A stretch of 64,000 nt of DNA from Mytilus californianus (taxonomy: Eukaryota), in the NCBI RefSeq assembly GCF_021869535.1, contig NW_026262668.1:124186001-124250000 (forward strand). The letters run 5' to 3'. The position numbers and the translations under genes are program-made. Of the stretch, positions 47,815 through 59,958 are shown piece after piece (position 1 is the stretch's first letter; each line of letters opens with the position of its first letter). A model generated the notes under the pieces. The model ran no database searches. It was not told the origin of the DNA and worked only from the letters and a program-made list of their open reading frames with translations.

Positions 47815-50082
47815 TTTTTATACGACCTCAAAACATTTGTGGCTGTATAATGGTATGGCGATGTCGTTGTCGTGTGAAGTCATTTTGTTTCCAGACAATA
47901 ACTTGAGTATAAGTGTATGGATCTCTGTAAAATTGATCCACAAGGTTCCATACCACAAAAGGAAGGTTGGGATTGATTTTGGGGGTTATTGCCGTATCCT
48001 CTTAGGAATTAGGGGTCAAAAAGGGGTAAAAAACAAGCAGTTTTTTAAACTTTGTTTTAATTGCTTATTTCTGACCAATTTCAATGGGGTTTGAATAATC
48101 TTGAAATATTGGATTTCTTTGATATGCTTAATCTTATTGTGTATTTAGAATTATGATTTTGGGCCTTGTTTTCAAGTGGGGCAAAATTAAACTTTGCTTG
48201 ATTTCAATATTCTGATTCTAATAATGTATTTAGATTTTGGATTGTGGGTCCATTTTTATACGCTCGTTTACGGACGTATTATGGTATACCGCTATCCGTC
48301 CGTCCGTCGTCAACATGTCGGGCAATAACTCAAAAACGCTATAACCAATTTGCATGAAACTTTGGTGAATTGTTTATATCTATTGACGTGAGCTCCCTTT
48401 CGATTTTTATAAATTTTTGATATAACGTTTCCGAGTTATGGGGTTTTATTCATTAAAAAAGGGTGATTTTCCAGTTTTTGGACAATAACTCAAAAATGCC
48501 TTGAGCAGTTTTCATGGAACTTTGGTGAATTGTTTATATCTATTGACGTGAGCTCCCTTTCGATTTTTATAAATTTTGGATATTACGTTTCCGAGTTATG
48601 GGGTTTTATTCATTAAAAAAGGGGGATTTTCCAGTTTTTGGACAATAACTCAAAAATGCCTTGAGCAGTTTTCATGGAACTTTGGTGAATTGTTTATATC
48701 TATTGACGTGAGCTCCCTTTCGATTTTTATAAATTTTGGATATTACGTTTCCGAGTTATGGGGTTTTATTCATTAAAAAAGGGGGATTTTCCAGTTTTTG
48801 GACAATAACTCAAAAATGCTTTGAGCAGTATTCATGGAACTTTGGTGAATTGTTTATATCTATTGACATGAGCTCCCTTTCGATTTTTTTATAAATTTTA
48901 GATTTTACGTTTCTGAGTTATTGGGTTTTATTCATTAAAAAAGGGGGATTTTCCAGCTTTCAGACAATAACTCAAAAGTTCTTTTGAGCAGTTTTCATGA
49001 AACTTTGGTGACTGGTTTATATCTATTAAAATAACCTCCCTTTATTTTATTTTTTTTTATAAATTTCTGATATGACATTGAGGAGATATAGAACTTTATT
49101 CTTGTTAAAGCGACGGGCGTATCATGCGCTCATGGCGCAGCTCTTTATTCAAATTGGTCAACACCAGGGTTCAAAGGGTCCAAAATTAAACTTTTGTTTG
49201 ATTTTAACAAAAATTAAATGGATCAGCAATTTCTCATTCAAATATATCAATCCACTTCAATAATTATTTAAAAATTTCCCACATATACAATTTCCTCCAT
49301 AATGACATTTATGTTCAAAAGAAAATAACTCAAACCACAACACACAACCTTAATGTCACCTTTTGATATCACTTTTCAGAACAATTCTAACCACAAATTC
49401 ACAAATCTATTTAAAAACACCCCATAAAGTTAGAATTACAATCCCATAAACCACAATTACCAATTCATGCCACAATTGTATCCCCATATTATCCTATTTT
49501 GCAAAAAAAAATAAAAAAGATCTTCAGTTCTTTTTAATATAATTCTATTATCATATTAACTCAGATATAATTTTATTCTGCATTTCATTTCCACTACATC
49601 ATTCATTCCTAAAATTGCTAAATTATCAATATTAATTTCTAAATGCTAACAGTTTAATACTGTCAAGAAAAATGAATTTACTCCCCTTTCCCATATCCCA
49701 AAGTCACAATATGTTTAAAAACTTCACTCATTACCTGATGACAAATAAACCTCAACTATCATACACATCCATCTGTTGTACCCCACTTGTAGCAATATTC
49801 AAACACCAAAAAATTATTTATTAATTTGATAAAAGGTTTCCTACAGCTTAAACTAAATTCCTTCGTGGAGTATTTTAAAAACTTAGCTGATATTGTCCAT
49901 TAATAGATAAATAATTTAAATGCTTGGTGTACTTGGATATGCTGAATCTTATCGTGTATTTAGATTTTGGATATTGGATCATGAAAGGTAAAAGTCCAAA
50001 TTCATATTTTTCAATTCTTTGACTACGTTCATTATGTGTCAGAAACCTATGCTGTGTCAAATATTTAATCACAATCCAAATT
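47815..50082 (+). mobile_element. Fragmented HINE family A copy (47815-48252, about 49150-49225, about 49915-50082)
   Basis: tttttatacgacctc start. Family A unit sequence flanks both sides of the family C insertion. The 3' segment tgtgtcagaaacctatgctgtgtcaaatatttaatcacaatccaaatt is also present. Confidence 0.65.
48253..49149 (+). mobile_element. Complete HINE family C with about five 160-bp internal units
   Basis: 5' tatacgctcgt and 3' acgggcgtat subterminal IR; hairpin tgcgc-tcatg-gcgca (49125-49139); gacaataactc at 48481, 48641, 48801. Confidence 0.85.
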
Positions 50083-50669
50083 GTCTCTTGTAATGAATTG
50101 CAGCAAATAAATTTGCAATTAAATTTTTCAAAGACCATTTGATTAGATAAGAAAACTTATTTATGAAAAGATTTTATTGTCTGTGAGTAGTATAGAGATT
50201 TGAAAAGTAATAATTATCTACCAAATTGAAAAGAAATGAAAACACTTCATTTGTCTAATACGTTCAAAGATTGTTTTACACTTCATTTTTTCATATGCTT
50301 TATTACAAAAAAAATAATAAAATATTTTTGTTAGTAAGGGGACTAGTTAAAAGGATCTCAAAATTAATTCTAGAAGTAGAGATGATACGGTATTTAACGG
50401 GTTTTGTGTAATTTGGGTCGACCTTGCTTAGTAGGGACCTTCAATTTTTCAAAAGAGACCCTTATTTCAATATTGCGGTGATGACTATAGCTTCATGTAC
50501 GCCATTAGAATTTTCCAACTGGTAGTATCGTGACTACATTGCTAGGCCTTATATAGATATTAAATATATGAGTATTGGTATCTGACAAAGATGACATGAC
50601 AATGAGTCAATTATATAAGGGATTCTTAGCTTAGATTTTTTCTTTGAGATTCCTACCATACGCATATTA

Positions 50670-51000
50670 GGGGAGGGTTGAGTACTAACAAACATGTTAA
50701 ATCCCGCCACATTATATACGCGCCAGTCCCAAATTCAGGAGCCTGTAATTCAGTAGTTGCGGCTGGTCGCTGTCTATCATATTTGTTTTTCGTTTATTGT
50801 TTCGTACTTAAATCTTTGGTTTTCAGTTTGAATTGTTTTACAATTTGCCATGTCGTGGCTTGTTATAGCTTCCTATACGGTATAGGTTTGGCTTATTATT
50901 GAAGGACATACTTTGACCTATAATTACTTTAACACATCTACGTCATTTCAGACATTTGGTCCCTGGTTGACCGTTGTCTAATTAGCAATTACACCACATC
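50670..51000 (-). mobile_element. Family F repeat, reverse orientation
   Basis: ttaaatcccgccacatt...caggagcctgtaattcagt...tttgacctataatt. Confidence 0.7.
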
Positions 51001-51648
51001 TAATTTTTAACTTCAACGTTTGCTTTGAGTTATCCTTCTTTTATTGGTGAAGTTACATATATGATGTCCATGAAGAATGCCATCTTTTACAAAAACATTC
51101 TGTGGGTTTCAACTATATTATTCGTCTTCAATGGACACTGTAATAAAAGCACACATTTTAACATACCAACATAACCCCTTACCACAAGGCAGACTCTTTT
51201 CACCAACTTAAGATAAGTAAAGCCAACTCTGACAAATGTACGCAATGAAGTCAATTAAAACAAAAGGAGAACAGAGGAGTAGACAAAGTTAACTCTTAAT
51301 TCAATTTTCAAAATAAACACATATGTTTGTATCAACACGCTTTAATTCTAACCGATATATAGCACGTTGGGTAAGCTTGTCCAGCGAAAGAATGTTCTGT
51401 GCTGTTGATTTTGTCATGAAAGGTGCTGGTGGGTCCTGATTCTGTGCTGAAAGATTTGTTTACATGGCATTCTATCAGAACGGCAATAAAAGAACCATTC
51501 TGTTGCTTATTTTTTGACAATGTAAAAATAAGGAGATCCAATGAGACAACTATCCACCAAAGTTCAAATGAATTGGATGTAAGCAATTATAGGCATCCGT
51601 ACGGGTTTCAACAATGAGAAAAACCTATACCGTATAGTAAAAACAGGT

Positions 51649-52096
51649 TTTCCTTTTTTAGACGGCGATGTTCCTTTGGTTCCATCATACGGTGTTTATA
51701 TATCCCAACTCGTTCGTTATACCCATGTGTGTAGTGATGTCATAGATTTTAACAAACGAAATCAATGCATCACTGGTAAATTATTAAGTCAGGGATTTCG
51801 TTACCATAAATTACTTAAAACTTTTACTAAATTCTTTCATAGATACAAAGATTTGATTAGTAAATTAGGCTGTACCTGTAGAAAACTTATTAAAAACGGT
51901 ATTTCACATCCTAAATTTTACGGTAATATTGTACTAAAAGCTCGGAAATCACTATGTGATCCGTGACAACTCATCGAACCTTTGAACAAACTTATAAGTA
52001 AAAACTTATCTTATTAATATTGTAATAAGATCTTTGAATATTGTTTACATTGGCACAAATATCGATTTTGTCATCAACAAATTAAAACATAATTAA
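51649..52096 (+). mobile_element. 5'-truncated, decayed Penelope-like retroelement RT C-terminal fragment (probably Naiad-type, RT at ORF end)
   Basis: FPFLDGDVPLVPSYGVYISQLVRY...GFRYHKL matches PLE RT thumb-region motifs as I recall them. In-frame TGA at 51964, then protein-like sequence continues (QLIEPLNKLI), a frameshift, and NIVIRSLNIVY...KLKHN*. No GIY-YIG domain follows. Confidence 0.7.
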
Positions 52097-52689
52097 ATTT
52101 GTATTCTTTTCGAATGTTTTTTTGGATGTATAAATACACATCAACGTTCATTTTCTATATAGAGATTGCTTTATCTATATATAACATTATACATATTTAT
52201 TATAATGTTAAATCCAAACTATCCTACTTCCTATCGATACTTTTATTTTGGCATTGCACAAGTCATATCTTCTTTTTGGCTTTTAACTAGCTTTCAATAA
52301 CTGCGAGTACTCTCAAATCGTACTTTCGTGTTAATTTGACCTGTTACACAATTTGTAATGCATTTTTGTTATTCAATGTTTACTTATTTTGTGTTATATC
52401 TCGTCTCACTATTTTTAATATGTACCTCCTTTGATAAGTATTTAGTATGACGATAAATTTTCACTGCTGTTCTCGTACTCTGAACAACAAATTTATTTAT
52501 TTTGTAAAAAATATCTCCGTACTCTTAACAACAAAATTATTATATTTAAATTTACCTGTGTACATTTTTTTATTTAACGCCATTTTGTCCAAGGTTACAG
52601 TTGTCGTTTTGACATTGTGTCATTGTGTCATAGATCAAATTTATTCGTTCAGTGTATGTTTACTTGTTTTTGTTAATATGTCTTTTTGA

Positions 52690-53030
52690 TTGAGTTAAGC
52701 CATTTCAATTGATATTTTATAGTGTTTCTTTCTATGTTGAAATGTTACACTACTATTTCAGGTTAGATGTTTCAGTGGTTGTCGTTTGTTGATGTGGTTC
52801 TTAAGTGTTTCTCGTTTCTCGTTTTTTTTTTATATAGATTAGACCGTTGGTTTTCCTGTTTGAATTGTTTTACACTAGTCATTTTGGGGCCCTTTATAGC
52901 TTGCTGTTCGGTGTGAGCCAAGGCTCCGTGTTGAAGGCCGTACTTTGACCTATAATTGGTTACTTTTTACATATTGTGACTTCGATGGAGAGTTGTCTCA
53001 TTGGCACTCATACCACATCTTCTTTTTTCT
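52690..53030 (-). mobile_element. Family F-related repeat, reverse orientation
   Basis: Ends with gagagttgtctcattggcactcataccacatcttctttttt, the reverse complement of the F head. Confidence 0.75.
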
Positions 53031-54276
53031 ATATACATACCTCGTGCAGTGTATTACAACAATTATGTATTTCAAAAGTAGAGCAAATTCGCAAAACAAA
53101 ATTGTCCTGATACTGTGCTGGTGATGAGAAAAAATTCCGTGTTCTGTCACGTAGATATAAAAACCAAACAACACGAAAAAACAAACTAAAAAAAAAACAA
53201 GCAAAATACTCATTTATCTAGTTTAGATTAAGTTTAAGGGCTGCTAAGATGACTGCGGACATGTTGACGTGTAAAAGAACAGGAAACATTATAAATGAGG
53301 ATATATGTACATGGAACAAATGCGTTTTATCTTCCAGTCTGTTATAGGGTATTATTATAGATTAGTATCAATAGTATTAGATTCAAAAAGGCCTTAATAT
53401 GCCCCTTATTTTTAGAAATAATTTCATATAACGGATTTATTGATCAGTATCACCATGTATAGAAATTTTAGTGTTAAAATAACTGCTAGATAGGAAAAAG
53501 GTCTTTTGTTCTAAATCTACGTATCAGCGTTTGTTTACGGCGTCAAATCCACCAAACGCAATGAACACTGGCTAAATTGTTAAAACAGCAGATATGCAAT
53601 AAAAGATATTTATTTAAAAAAAAAGAATTTTTATTGGTTTTCAAGACTGCAAGCATATTCGAATAGTATTTTTGTCTTAATAAAATAATAACATATTTGA
53701 CTTCAATATCTAATATGTAGAATCCTGCGCTCTTTGTTTCCGGCTGTAATGTGATTGATATCCTTTCAAAACTTATTAACTTTCACGAAAATCTCTATTT
53801 TAACATATTTTGGGTGTAAATGTCAACGCTTTATAAGAAAAGTTCGACAAAAATCTTTACTTTTCCCTTTCTATCTATCTGTACAAAAATTGATACTTAA
53901 TATTGGGAGACATACATGGCCCTTACAGTACATACGCCATTATTATGAAAATATGTCCTAAAATGAATTTATTATACATATATTACAATATTATACACTT
54001 AAATGCTGAAAATAAAATAAAGAATAAAAAAAAAAAAAACACATAAATTATGACATTATCGGCAGCTAGAACATATGCACGCAGTTTCGAATTTAAAAAG
54101 CTCCGAAGACTAAACACATATGATGTAGTTTCTTTAATGACAATCTAAATAAATCTACATTACTATGTTTCATTCACTGTCCTGACCTCGTAAACAAAGC
54201 ATGATCCAAAGATATTCAAATCTTTTCACTTGAAATTCATGACGAAATTTGTTTGAAGATTATTACTTTTTAGTCT

Positions 54277-55503
54277 TTATTTTAGAGACTTCCGCTTTTG
54301 AAGAGAGAATCCTGCAATACTTGGTTCTACCTGGGTGCTACATCTGAAAAACTTCCTCATCTCAGAGTGAACTTCTTTGATCCTCCAGGCAAATATGAAC
54401 GGGTTTATCAGAAAGTGTATCATGAGCCAGAGAGTGCCAAATGACCAAGCATCTTGTGGAATGTTTGCTTCTAACAGTTCAGCTACTAGAAGTGAGATGA
54501 AGGGTAGAAAGAAGACAATCTGGGCGACTATCAAATAGAAATTAGTGAACATCGCCCTTCTTTCCCATGGATTAAGTATGACTGTAGATACTTTCCTCCT
54601 TCTTTTGTCTGACACCACAGTATTATCTAAGTTAAGTCCGTCCTCAAACTGAATTGTCTTCCGAGAAGTGTAAGGTTTCCCCTGAATACCTGTTATCCGA
54701 AATGACGATCTACTTTGCATAACCTTATTTTTGGCAACATTCCAAAGAGAACTTTTTCGAGTGGCTACAAATGAGGGGTTGTGTATAGGATCTTTGGACG
54801 TCGATGGTATATCGGCATCCGACAATGTCTGGTGCTGTCTAGATACGGGAACTGGTACGTCAGGAACGGATTTCTTGGCCTTTTTCTGGGACAGAACTGA
54901 AGCCTTGTAGAAAATGTTCCACAAATTACTTGTCGTTTTTCCATAAAGAACTAAATTTGCTACTATCAACGATACATACAAGCAAATGATAGCCCATCCG
55001 TTAATGTCAATATTATCATTATGGTAGATAGTACCGACACTACATTCTTTAATTTTCTTGACCGGTGCTGTCGTGATAAAAACACAGATGTATGTCCATA
55101 CCAGTCCCATCAAGATGACAATGGCTACATACTTTTTCTTTAGACTTAGCCTTGTAGAAACAAAATTAAAATTTTTCACCGTGACATACCTCTCTATTGA
55201 AATGAGAAGTAATAATGTCAATGAAAATCCAATGGAAACAAAATAGGCTATTAACTGTAGAGTACAAACAGGATAGTTGATATGGAGTGTATACTGTTTT
55301 GGAATATCCTCATCAATTGAGCTGTAGGTAATGCATATAACGGCAATACCATGTATCCCTTCACAAACGCCTAATAACAAAACCAGCAGGCTGTGGATCT
55401 TCTTAGAGAATGTCTTTATACCAATGGCTGAGAACAGTAGATTAAATAGAATTATTGTAGTACCAAAGATGTATGCTATAATTTTCTCGATTGCAATTGT
55501 CAT
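54277..55503 (-). CDS. Class A (rhodopsin-like) GPCR, orphan; C-terminus resembles adenosine receptors; 408 aa from the exon-initial ATG
   Basis: Seven hydrophobic segments. TM1 ILFN, TM3 ISIERY, Cys at the top of TM3 (PVCT) and in ECL2 (KECS), long ICL3, TM6 FFLPF, TM7 INPFIFAWR followed by helix-8-like KEVHSEMRKFF. The ORF-track extension MFLSFQ is a polypyrimidine/AG acceptor (tttctttcgtttcAG|ATG). Confidence 0.92.
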   Translation of the reverse strand: MTIAIEKIIAYIFGTTIILFNLLFSAIGIKTFSKKIHSLLVLLLGVCEGIHGIAVICITYSSIDEDIPKQYTLHINYPVCTLQLIAYFVSIGFSLTLLLLISIERYVTVKNFNFVSTRLSLKKKYVAIVILMGLVWTYICVFITTAPVKKIKECSVGTIYHNDNIDINGWAIICLYVSLIVANLVLYGKTTSNLWNIFYKASVLSQKKAKKSVPDVPVPVSRQHQTLSDADIPSTSKDPIHNPSFVATRKSSLWNVAKNKVMQSRSSFRITGIQGKPYTSRKTIQFEDGLNLDNTVVSDKRRRKVSTVILNPWERRAMFTNFYLIVAQIVFFLPFISLLVAELLEANIPQDAWSFGTLWLMIHFLINPFIFAWRIKEVHSEMRKFFRCSTQVEPSIAGFSLQKRKSLK

Positions 55504-57857
55504 CTGAAACGAAAGAAACAAAATACTAAATAAACTAGATAATTATGAGATCAGACGTATGGGCAAAATGTTGACCAGTGACCTTTATGTAGCTAAAACG
55601 TTACTGTAGCAATGACATGTCAATGATATATAACAATAGGTTTCTCAGACCACAAAAAAAGTCGCACAAACGTAAAATATAGACCATAATCCTAGCCCCA
55701 ATGTTACTGAAAACTGTTATAGTCTTCAATGTGTCTATTATGATGAAATATTATTGACGAAGTTGCATGGAATAAAAACAGTAAGTTTCTGATAAATGTA
55801 CCTAGATGAAAAATTAAAACAATTGTCCCTCAAATTTATGCAACATATTGCTGTACAGCATTGTACTATACAAAATGACGTGTTAAAGATACATGAGATA
55901 AGTAGCATCCTATAATAATTTCGTGGAAAATAAACCTATTTGAAATGTGACCTTAATTTTGATTTACAGGATTGTACCATACAGGAGGACTACAGGAGGA
56001 CTGTAGTAACGTATTGTACCCCAGATTTCTCACACATGATCTTGATCAAATAGATGATTGTTTGTCAACTAGTGCTTGAAGCGTCACACATGTTTAATCT
56101 CCGTAATTTTTCGAAGCAAATCTGATATCTTAAATGATTTTTTAATTTTTATGTTTTGTTTTTAATTTCTATTTTAAGTAACACTTTAATTTTAGCTCGA
56201 TTATTGTGAGACTATGGACAATTGCTTAAAGTCATACAGCCCAGGAACATTTAATCTACAATGTGTAAAAATTCGGTTAGGGAACGACCATTTAACTTCA
56301 AAGGGGGGGGTTATGGTTTTTTACTAAAAAAATATTCTGATCCCAAATTTGATGAAAAAAATATTCTGGTCAAGCAGATGACAAAAGAAATATTCTGAAT
56401 CCAGATTTTCCCCATACCTTATAGTGTGTTACTTGAGTTATAGAAAAATGTGCTCGGTTGTATGGACAGACGGGCAATGTTATTATATAAAATTGAGAAT
56501 GGAAATGGGAAATGTGTCAAAGAGACAACAACCCGACCATAGAGCAGACAACAGCCGAAGGCTACCAATGGGTCTTCAATGCAGCGAGAAACTCCCGCAC
56601 CCGGAGGCGTCCTTCAGCTGGCCCCTAAACAAATATATATTACATCCGTTTTCGACGAGTGATCAAAACATCATCTTTTTTTAATTTCTGAAATTTCTGA
56701 TTCCTTATTAAAAGTAAAAACAGATCTTAAGTTGAATTGCGAATATCTATTCCCTGAGAAATTAAACAACCATATCAAAAGAGGAAAAAGAAGTTGATGT
56801 CAGACAAAAGGCAATTATTACAGACTGAGTAGGTAGACCACTAATATACCCAAACTTTATGCAGAGAATGTATGCTTAATTAAATAATGTTTCTATTTTT
56901 TGTTCTTTTTTAATTTAATCTAAATTCAAATTGCAGTTGATCACATCTCGAGACAATTAGAAATGCTATTGACTAAAGGAATATGCCATCACCCCCTTCA
57001 AAGACTAAGAAACACAGAAAAGAAGTGCAAACCAAGGTGTTAAAGATAGTTATCTATCCCAACATAATTTATCACCTTTTGAACGTTCCATTGTCTGTTA
57101 TTATTACCACCTATAGATGAGTGTTATCTCAAGAAGTACTTTATAATTAAAGGATTAAATTGAGAATATTTTCAATTAAAAAGTAGTTTATTTTAACAGA
57201 ATCTCAAAGGAAGAACTTTACCATTATTATTTAAGATCCTACCTTGTTTGAATCAGCCTGTGGTGCTGTAACGCAAGCATTCGAATAGAACATCTGCTTT
57301 GAACATTTTAAGGATGGATTTAAACAGAGAAATTTAACACTTTGGATTCAAGTGATAATAAAGTGTAAAATGGTACATTTAGACATAATGATGACTTCAT
57401 TGCAGGGTAAATCTAACTTAAAATGTGTATTTGATTTAGGTGATAATTCTTTCTTCGATTGAATGAATATGTGACCCTAATAGGCTTTAAATAAACTAAA
57501 CACACAATAATTGTTATAGATTAAAACTGTTATATAAATGCGAGCCCCATTTAAAGTAAATGATCATATTTCGTATTCTCTTGATTTCACGTTAAAAAAA
57601 TCATTTAGAACACAATTGAGACAAAAAGAGCTGCGATTTATGATGAAAAACAAATACTGGACTACTGGTATTTATTGAACCACATAATATTATATTATAT
57701 TGTTTTCTGGGACAACGAATTTCACAAAAATCTATGGCGATTATGCTCACGAGGATCAAATAACGGAGGCTCCCAGTAGTGGGATCGATCAAGTGGTTGT
57801 AATTTACTGAGCCAGTCAACAGGGGTACCGATCAAGTGGTGGGAACTAATAGAGACA

Positions 57858-58545
57858 TCTGCAGTGGTACCGACCATGAGGTAGTAACTAACTGAGGTTA
57901 TCTGCAGTGGTTCCGACCATGAGGTAGTAACTAACTGAGGTTATCTGCAGTGGTTCCGACCATGAGGTAGTAACTAACCGAGGTTATCTGCAGTGGTACC
58001 GACCATGAGGTAGTAACTAACTGAGGTTATCTGCAGTGGTTCCGACCATGAGGTAGTAACTAACCGAGGTTATCTGCAGTGGTACCGACCATGAGGTAGT
58101 AACTAACTGAGGTTATCTGCAGTGGTTCCGACCATGAGGTAGTAACTAACCGAGGTTATCTGCAGTGGTACCTACCATGAGGTAGTAACTAACCGAGGTT
58201 ATCTGCAGTGGTACCGACCATGAGGTAGTCACTAACCGAGGTTATCTGCAGGGTTACCGACCATGAGGTAGTAACTAACCGAGGTTATCTGCAGTGGTAC
58301 CGACCATGAGGTAGTAACTAACTGAGGTTATCTGCAGTGGTACCGACCATGAGGTAGTAACTAAATGAGGTTATCTGCAGTGGTACCGACCATGAGGTAG
58401 TAACTAACCGAGGTTATCTGCAGTGGTACCGACCATGAGGTAGTAACTAACCGAGGCAATCAGTCGTGGTACCGACTATGAGGTAGTAACTAACCGAGGT
58501 TATCTGCAGTGGTACCGACCATGAGGTAGTAAGTAATTGAGGCAA
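57858..58545. repeat. 43-bp minisatellite, 16 copies
   Basis: atctgcagtggtaccgaccatgaggtagtaactaaccgaggtt; tgaggtagt occurs at 57877 + 43n, up to 58522. Confidence 0.98.
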
Positions 58546-58924
58546 TTAACAGTGATATCGACCAATGGTAGTATCTAACGGAGGCAATATGAACGTTCAG
58601 CATGATTTCAATGTTCAAAATGATTCTGGAATTACCTTTATAAGGTACCTCGTCCAAAAAATTCAAAAGCATTAAACGTTTGTGATCATTTACCTAAAAA
58701 TGTCAAAAGATCAACTGGTGTAAAGATGTATCCACCTTACATTTTTGTAGAATACATGACCTGAAAATTTGAAATAAAATGTTTCATTTTTTAACATTTC
58801 AATACATTAATATATAATAGTAGGTGGATTGTATTCTTGTCGGCACGCTGTAGAAAATTGAAGACACAATAACCAAGAACAATACAGATCTGATACATAC
58901 ATGATGGGCCAATAGAACTATAAA

Positions 58925-59115
58925 AAATCGAAGAAAGTCCGACAACACCTTGGTTAAAAGAAAATACAGAAAGAACAAACAACGTCAACAAAACAATGCA
59001 CAGCCAACTACAGATCGAACAACAGGAACCCTGCCAAAACCGGAGGTCAGTGATATCAGGTGCTCCGGAAGGGTTACCATCTCCTACTTCACAAGTAACA
59101 CCAGTGATGTTGCTC
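58925..59115 (+). mobile_element. Degraded copy of another abundant mussel-type interspersed repeat
   Basis: aaatcgaagaa...aaacaac...agatcgaacaacaggaaccc...aaaccggagg...tcaggtgctccggaagggtta; recognised from memory only. Confidence 0.5.
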
Positions 59116-59566
59116 TCGGTAAAGAAAAAAAAAAATAGTCGCTTTTGATGATGTCACAATCGAGAAAAATAGGGCAGCATTATGGATACGGAATGCATGT
59201 TGGGCTTATTCGTGGTCCACTATGACTATATTAATTAACAGTCAAAAAAGAATCACAAAAAACTCCAACATATGGAATGATTGGTTCAATAACTTTTTTG
59301 ACAGGAACAACCATTCTGAAAGGAAATACAAGCCCGGGAATATTGTTTAACTGTTAGATTATCATGATATATTGTGTCAATGTCTTGATCTCATGACATT
59401 TCTGGTGTTTTAACGATTATAATTGTAAAACGTTGTGTCAATGTATTGATCTCATGACATGTCTTGTGTTTTAACGATTCTAATGGTAAAATGTTGTGTC
59501 AATGTTTTGAACTCATGACATATCTGGTGTTTTAACGATTATAATTGTAAAATGTTGTGTCAATAT

Positions 59567-59958
59567 AAAAATATGAAGATGTGGTATAATTGCCAATGAG
59601 ACAACCACAGACCAAATGACATGCAAGTTAACAACTATAGGTCATCGTACGGCCTTTCAACAATCAGCAAAACCCTTACCGCATAGCCAGCTATAAAAGG
59701 CCCCGAAATGACAAATGTAAAACAATTCAAACAAGAAAACTAACGACCTGGAGTAGGTTTCACAAAAAAACTTACGACTAAGATTGATCGTAAGTCATAA
59801 ACAATTACGATCAATCTTAGTCGTAAGTTATTTTTGTGAAGCCGATTCCTGATTTATGTAAAAACAAAGAACGAAATACAAATATGATATACAGCAACAA
59901 ACGACAACCACTGTATAACAGGCTCCTGACTTGAAATAGGCACATAAAGAATGTTGCG
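59567..59958 (+). mobile_element. Family F repeat inserted into a 61-bp tandem array (59370-59566, resuming about 59960)
   Basis: aagatgtggtataattgccaatgagacaac...ggcacataaagaatgt interrupts tgtgtcaat|gtattgatctcatgacat. Confidence 0.8.
59751..59850. mobile_element. ~100-bp fold-back MITE nested in the family F copy
   Basis: Arms ttcacaaaaa(-/t)aacttacgactaagattgatcgtaa with an 11-nt loop; cctg is duplicated at the junctions. Confidence 0.8.

Noticed and set aside
55504-55521. N-terminal MFLSFQ of the 414-aa ORF as the true GPCR start
   Set aside because: It starts at a non-ATG codon and is a polypyrimidine tract plus AG acceptor, so it is treated as intron.
57858-58545. CRISPR array, or a let-7 miRNA gene cluster
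   Set aside because: The units are contiguous with no unique spacers, there are no cas genes, and the context is eukaryotic. The let-7 identity covers only nt 1-10 and there is no pre-miRNA hairpin with a star arm.
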